Shown in pieces: positions 58,027-64,000 of a stretch of 64,000 nt of DNA. The notes under the pieces are model-generated. The model did no database searches, was not told where the DNA came from, and saw nothing but the letters and a program-made list of their open reading frames with translations. Position 1 is the stretch's first letter; each line of letters begins with the position of its first letter. The position numbers and the translations under genes are program-made. This DNA comes from the human T2T-CHM13v2.0 reference genome, Homo sapiens. The DNA is taken from assembly GCF_009914755.1 (NCBI RefSeq), contig NC_060929.1. One strand, written 5' to 3'.

Positions 58027-59348
58027 AATAACAACCATATTGCCTGCAATACACAAATGAAGATGCAATATATCTGATATTAGCACAGTTTTCACTGGTT
58101 TCATAACAGACATTTTTAAAAATAAGGGAACAAAGTTCCAATATGACATTGCATTTACACAGTGTTTTCATGACCTGAAATTCAAGTGCTTTTAGACAAA
58201 ATAGTCTTTTACACAGTCACTGTTGGCAGACCGCCACCATGTAACTTGTGTTTTCAAATATTCAAGGTAGGAGAAAGGGTCAGGACTCATTTAGGAAGTC
58301 TGGTAGAAGTCAAGTTTGCAAAAAATGAATTTACCCAAATGTATAGAAGGCTTGCCCTACTAGGGTGGCCTATTTCATGTGGATGTAAATAGTTCATGGG
58401 GGATGAGAGCTGCTGGGAAGTAGGGGAGTAAGGGATAGAGAAGCCCATTTCCCAGATGAGCTGAAGAAATGGAGAGCGAAACCCAAGGGCAAGTGGCACG
58501 TCTGCAAGTAGAGCTCTTGCCAGCCCTTAGTGGCAGATCTGGGAACATGGGGTTTGCAAGACTCAACACACTCCATTCTTGGAGGAAACCAGTGGCTCCT
58601 TGGGACCCAAAGAAGATTCTATGGCATCTCGATCTCAGCAGGGAAAACTGAGGCCCGGCGCAGTTAGGATAGGCTCTCTTGTTCAGGACTGAAGAGGCTT
58701 CCCTGATGCAGGCAGGGAGTTGGTCAGCGTCTGCTGAGGAGACAAAGCCTGAGCTATCTTCTGGCTCAGAGAGAAAGAGCAGGCAGGAAGAAAAACCAGC
58801 ATCCAGCTGTGCCACAGATGTGCTTCCACCTCTGTCTTGCCCTCTCACCCTCGCCTTTAATCCCATTTTATAAAAACTCATACTCAGAGGTTAGCTGGGT
58901 TGGACCCCAGTCTGACCAACCCACAGCCCAGGCTGGCCACAATGTGTGTGTGTGCTTAGCAGGGGGGCAGTTTTTGGGGACTGCAAAAGGAGGGTCTATA
59001 AAGAAGGACCTCATCTCTCACCCCCTAGGGGCAGCCTCTATGGGGGAGGACGATGGTCCCTGACATCATGGGACAGTCACGAATGAGGGTCTGTCCTGGG
59101 GTCAGGCTGGTGGGCAAGTTGATCTGGCCTCTCCACAAGGCTGGCTCTTGCCTCCCCCATTAGTCAGTAGCACTGCTGCTCGTGGCTCTTTTTAGTTTCT
59201 GCCTTATGACCATATTTGACACACTGCCTCCAACCTAAGGTCCCTATTTATTCTTGGGCACACGCCTTGGTGACATGCTACCACTGCCCTCCCTGCCCAG
59301 AATTGTGTTTGGCAAGCTGTGGAGAAGCTTCCAGAATCCAAAAGACCC

Positions 59349-59405
59349 TTTTTTTTAAATATACTTTAAGTTTTAGGGTACATGTGCACAATGTGCAGGT
59401 TTGTT
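59349..59405 (-). mobile_element. Very short L1PA 3' terminal fragment
   Basis: T-run then ATACTTTAAGTTTTAGGGTACATGTGCACAATGTGCAGGTTTGTT. Confidence 0.85.
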
Positions 59406-60472
59406 TGAATGGAGACAATTAGTTTAAAGCAGGCACGCGTAAAACCGGAGGCAGCACTTAAATAAGGCACAAACATGCCTTTAAATGTTGTTTTAAAGTC
59501 AACCTTTACTTTCATCCTCAACGACTTAATTGACAGAAACAACAAGTGTATCTGCCAATATGTGGGCCGGCTCAGTGACCCATCCACTGAGAAGTAGAAA
59601 GCATATCATGTTTTGAGTTACAGTTTATTGAGCATTAAGCTTTCTTCCTGTTTTTTCTCACTTTTCAGAGTGATATCCACAGATATTTTCCTATAACTGT
59701 GTGTAACATGACTGTGCCCAACGTTAGACTGGTGGAATGGTAGATAAAGGGGGCAAGAATTCACAAAAGGGAAGTCCTGGGAAAGGAAATTGAGAGTTTA
59801 TAAATATATGAATGCCAGCTCATTTTTATTTTTTAAATACTCTGTACAACACACCAACATAAAATCATAGGATATAGTGGTGATTGCATTCTTATGCATA
59901 TATCTTTGGGTATTAATTTTACGAAAGATATAAAGATGATTTTGATGCAGATGGATTCCACATGTTACTGAGAACATGAAAAGGAGGATCAGACGGAAGC
60001 AAGAGAAAAATTCCACCTTAGGCTCTTTCTTGAAAGGTGCAGTTTCTCCACCATTGACATCTCCTTAGACCTCACAGTGAACTGGCAAGTAGGTCCAGGG
60101 AAGAGATTTCTATAGTATCTTGGCTTTGAGTAAAAGAAAATGGACCCAAAAGCCTCATCTTCACAAGACAACCTTTTGGAAATAGATAGAAGGCTTGATA
60201 CCAAATGTGCTTGAGGTGTAGCTCCAAAGCAGCAAATAAAGGCGCTGCCACACCTGTGCAGGTGCCACACCCGTGCAGGTACCATCCAGTGGGGGCCTGG
60301 GGCATCGCATGTCCCAGAGCACCCAGGCACAGGGAGGCTGCTCAGCAGTAGGATGTGTGGCTTTTGAGGACTCAAAGACACTTAGGGGGTCTCTGCTTCT
60401 GCATTTCCAAGAGGACAGATAGCTGGGGCAGGTGCACCACCCCACTGAGACACCAGGGCATGAAGAGTGGCA

Positions 60473-60814
60473 TGATATGGTTTGGCTGTGTCCCCACCCA
60501 AATCTCATTTATACTGTAGCTCCCATAATTCCCACGTGTTGTAGGAGGGACCCAGTGGGAGGTAATTGAATCATGGGGCAGTTCCCCCATACTGTCATCA
60601 TGGTAGTGAATAAGTCCCATTAGATCTGATAGTTTTATAAGGCATTTCCCTTTTCTCTTGGCTCTCATTCTCTCTTGTCTGCTGCCATTTAAGGGATGCC
60701 ATTGTGAGGCCTCTCCAGCCTCATGGAACTTTGAGTCTGTTAAACTTCTTTTTCTTTATAAATCACCCAGTTTCAGGTATGCCTTTATCAGCAGTGTGAA
60801 AACAGACTAATACA
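60473..60814 (+). mobile_element. THE1 (THE1B/C-like) solo LTR
   Basis: TGATATGGTTTGGCTGTGTCCCCACCCAAATCTC ... AGACTAATACA; near-TSD TGGCA/TAGCA. Confidence 0.92.
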
Positions 60815-61149
60815 TAGCACATAGGTGGACTGAAATCCGCTGTCCCCCATGAGTGTGTACCGACAGGTATGCCCTCCACCAGCTGAGCACACCAGCACCC
60901 ACCTCCCCTCCCTGACCTGCTCGCAGCCAGCCCACGCCCAAGCCCTGCTGACATTCATCTCCTTTATCTCTTAGCCTGACAACTCCCCTCCTTCCCCACC
61001 ACACTCCACTCAAAGCAACGTCATCTATCACCTGAACCTCCTCACTGACTGCTCTGCCTCCACTCCTGCCTCCCTCCCACCCGCATCTGTCCCCAAGCTG
61101 CATCCAGACTCCAGGGAACACAAACTCAGCCGCGGCACCCCCTTCGCTG

Positions 61150-61670
61150 CCTCCTCCTCGTGTCTTCTGTTGCCCTCGTGGTAGGGACTGACATCCTGAT
61201 ATGGCCCATGAGGCCCCCTGGAGTCTGCCCCACCCAGCAGCTTCCTCACCATCACAACGGATTCCCCTCTCTGAGCTTCTCCTAGGTGGCCATCAGCCCA
61301 TGCCTCCAACATTTTACTCTCCCTTCTTCCACCAGGCATTTGCACACCTGCAGTTTCCTCTTTCTGAAATATTCCTTCAGCACTCCTTACTTAATAAATT
61401 GCTACTCATCTTTCAAATACAGCCAACTTCCCATTCTTCTGGAAAGTATTCCTGGATCCCTGGAAAGGCCACAGTTCCCATGTTGTACTCCATGTGTGTC
61501 TTTTTGCAGCACTTACATGATTTCCATTTTACCTGTGGTTGTGTCACTTTTTGATAACTGGCTGTCCTTCCTACTAGACCAGAAGCTTCTGGTGGGCAGG
61601 ACATGTCTGCTTTTACAAATCATGGTAACCATGGTACTTAGTTTAGTTGTTGACATGTAGCCAGCACTTT
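61150..61670 (+). mobile_element. L2 3' fragment
   Basis: GGCATTTGCACACCTGCAGTTTCCTC...CTACTCATCTTTC...CTACTAGACCAGAAGCTTC...GGGCAGGAC. Confidence 0.6.
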
Positions 61671-62495
61671 CTTATTCATTTGCTAGTTATGGTTAACGCT
61701 GTGCTAAACTCTGGAGTTTAAACAATGAACCAGGCAGGCAAGGCCTTGCCTTCATGGTGTTTTTATTTTATTGCAAGAGAGATACAAACACAATAGAGAT
61801 TATGATGTTTACAATGTTTAAAAATAAGGACTGCTATGATAGAGAATAATGGCAAGATACATGGAGTCATCAGCAAAGACCTCCTGAAGCAAGTGACATG
61901 AAAACAGAGATCCAACTGGTGGGAAAGAACGAGATTTGCCCAAACCAGGGAGGAATATTCCCAACACTGGAAGCAGCAAGAGCCAAGGCCCTGAAGCAAG
62001 GACGAGGGCAGCCTTTAGTAATGTGTCCAGAAGGCCCGAGTTCTTGGAGCAGAGCATTGAAGGAAATAGTGGTTGATAATACAACTGGAAAGATGTGCAG
62101 TGACCAGCAGAAGAGGAAGAGTTTGGATGTTATTCTGAGTGAATGGGGGAGTCATTGAGGGGACTAAGGCAGAAGAATAACCACACCTCGTTTACATATA
62201 AGGCTCTCCAGGTGGGCTTTATGGAGAAAGGATTGCACAGAGGGTGGCTTGGATAGGGCAGAGCCATGGACAAGGGGAAGATGGAAGGAGATCTGTCCCA
62301 GAGGCATAGACAGGAGGCCAGGGTGTCCTTAGGAATTCTGGCTTCCATAGCAGGGTGGATGGTGGCTCATTTACTGAGGTGGAGAAGACTATTGAAGAAT
62401 GCATGGGTTGATGGATGAATAAACAAACAAGCAAATATGTAGAGATAAATAGTACAATAAAGGAGACTGGGCCTTCAGGGTGAGATATATTCATA
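61671..62495 (-). mobile_element. L2 fragment, antisense
   Basis: CTGTGCTAAACTCTGGAG...GGCCTTGCCTTCATGG; CAAAGACCTCCTGAAGCAAGTGACAT; GGATGTTATTCTGAGTG. Confidence 0.6.
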
Positions 62496-62510
62496 AGGCA
62501 AAAAAGCTTC

Positions 62511-62909
62511 CATATCGGTCAGGGTTCTGCTGAGAAAGAGAACCAATGGGATATGTATATAAAGAGATTTATTTTAAGGAAGTAGCTCACATGATCATAG
62601 AGGGTAGCAAGTTGATATTTGCAGGGCAGCCCACAGGCTGGAAACTCAGACAGGAGCGGATATTGCAATCTTGAGGAAGAATTATTTTCTTCCCAGGGAA
62701 ACCTTGTATTTTTTTCTCTTAAAGCTTTCAACTGATTAAATGAGGCCCACACATATTATTCATGATAATCTCCTTTACTTACAGTCACCTGATTATAGAT
62801 CTTAAACACATCTGCAAGATGCCCTTCACAGCAACACCTAGATTTGTGTTTGATTAAATAACTGGGTACTATACCTTGGATACATTGACACATAAAAATA
62901 ACAATCACA
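62511..62909 (-). mobile_element. ERVL solo LTR (MLT2D-like)
   Basis: GTCAGGGTTCTGCTGAGAAAGAGAACCAAT ... CCTTCACAGCAACACCTAGAT ... AATCACA. Confidence 0.85.
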
Positions 62910-62961
62910 ACTCTAAATGATTGTTCCGTGGAAACCACTAGGCTTTACCAATAATATAACT

Positions 62962-63185
62962 CAGAGGTCAGCAAACTATGGTCCATGGGCCAAATTTTGC
63001 CTTCCATCTGTTTTTGTGAATAAAGTTTTATTGGAACACAGCCATGCCAACTCATTTGTGCATTGTCTATGGCTGCCTTTGTGTAACAGCCACAGAGGTG
63101 AGCAGTTAGGACAGAGACCAAACAGCCCGCAAAGCATAACGTATTTACTATCTGGCCCTTTACAGGAAAACTTTGTTGAGCCCTG
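62962..63185. mobile_element. MER58A hAT-Charlie MITE
   Basis: CAGAGGTCAGCAAAC ... AATAAAGTTTTATTGGAACACAGCCA ... TTTGTTGAGCCCTG. Confidence 0.88.
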
Positions 63186-63724
63186 GTGTCACTTCATTTT
63201 GTGGAATTACTCAGGCAAAGTGACTGCTGCTAGGCAATAGTCAAAGTCAAAATGGTTAATGGGTCTGAAACCAGTGGAGATCTGGGAAAATTTTAAAAGA
63301 ATAGTCAAACATGACAAGAGGTATCACTGGGGAAAAGAAACCCAAAACATTAGCATTTGGCTTCCAAGCAGCTCACATTCTGGCCTTAGACAACTGTTAC
63401 CTCACTGCTCAGAAATGGAAGCTTGAAGCTCGTGTGGAAAACCGACCTCCTAATAAATCTCACACAGAGGATGCAGCAATTTGTTATGCGTGAGAAAATG
63501 GCACTGGGAAAGCAAAACACAGCCAGCTTGCTTCATATCACAAGTAGCAATTGGGCTCAGGTTTTCACCTAATTTTTAAGCAGCTTATCACCACCTCCGA
63601 AAAGAAAAAAAAAATTCTAAAAATTGCATTGCTTTTTTTTTTCTGAGAAGAGCATATTATGAAGTGTAAACATTAAGAAAGTCATTTCCCAATATAACTA
63701 TTTCCAAGCTTTGTCTACCACTTG

Positions 63725-64000
63725 TGCTATCATCCAAATGTTGGTGTCCCCTTCTCCCTGAAAATTTGGATGTTGGAACCTAATCTTTAGTGGGATACTA
63801 GTAGGAGGTGAGGCCTTTGGGGAGGTGATTAAGTCATGAGGTCAGAACCCTCATGAATAGGATTAGTGCCTTTGTAAAAGACATGTGAGAGAGCCTGTTT
63901 GCCCCTTCTGCTATGTGAGGACACCATGAGAATAATCTGCAGGAGATGCAAGAAGCAGAGGCCCTTCACTAGACATGGCATCTGCTGGCACCTTGATATC
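63725..64000 (+). mobile_element. MaLR LTR (MST/MLT1A-like), runs off the window end
   Basis: GGCCTTTGGGGAGGTGATTAAGTCATGAG...CCTCATGAATAGGATTAGTGCC; CTGCTGGCACCTTGAT. Confidence 0.8.

Noticed and set aside
58375-58881. 168-aa minus-strand ORF (also the 144-aa ORF at 44742-45176)
   Set aside because: No recognisable domain or exon structure; lengths are compatible with chance in GC-richer DNA; would need expression or conservation evidence

Overview
This is primate (very likely human or great-ape) non-coding genomic DNA. It is AT-rich, CpG-depleted and dominated by interspersed repeats: L1PA/L1MA/L1MC/L1ME fragments, about 15 Alu-family SINEs, MIR, L2, solo LTRs (MER57-, MER34/39-, MER61-like, LTR12C, MLT1, MLT2, THE1, MST) and hAT DNA transposons (MER5A, MER20, MER58A, MER81). 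I recognise no host protein-coding exon or RNA gene. The ORFs I can assign are dead L1 ORF2 remnants or chance frames through Alu and LTR sequence; the rest are short and unassigned. Subfamily names come from my recall of consensus sequences, not a database search, and boundaries of old elements are approximate. I found no evidence for a new multi-gene system. The most unusual signals are local DNA structures: (1) a perfect 39-bp inverted duplication (42586-42708) that copies an MLT2 LTR end, its TSD and flanking DNA back into the LTR and overlaps a G-quadruplex motif; (2) a fold-back insertion inside an Alu (23121-23147); (3) an intact LTR12C solo LTR with altered proximal promoter boxes; (4) an irregular 4-copy tandem repeat (39884-40146); (5) a possible Alu-monomer/L1 chimera; (6) an AluYd-type element with diverged TSDs.
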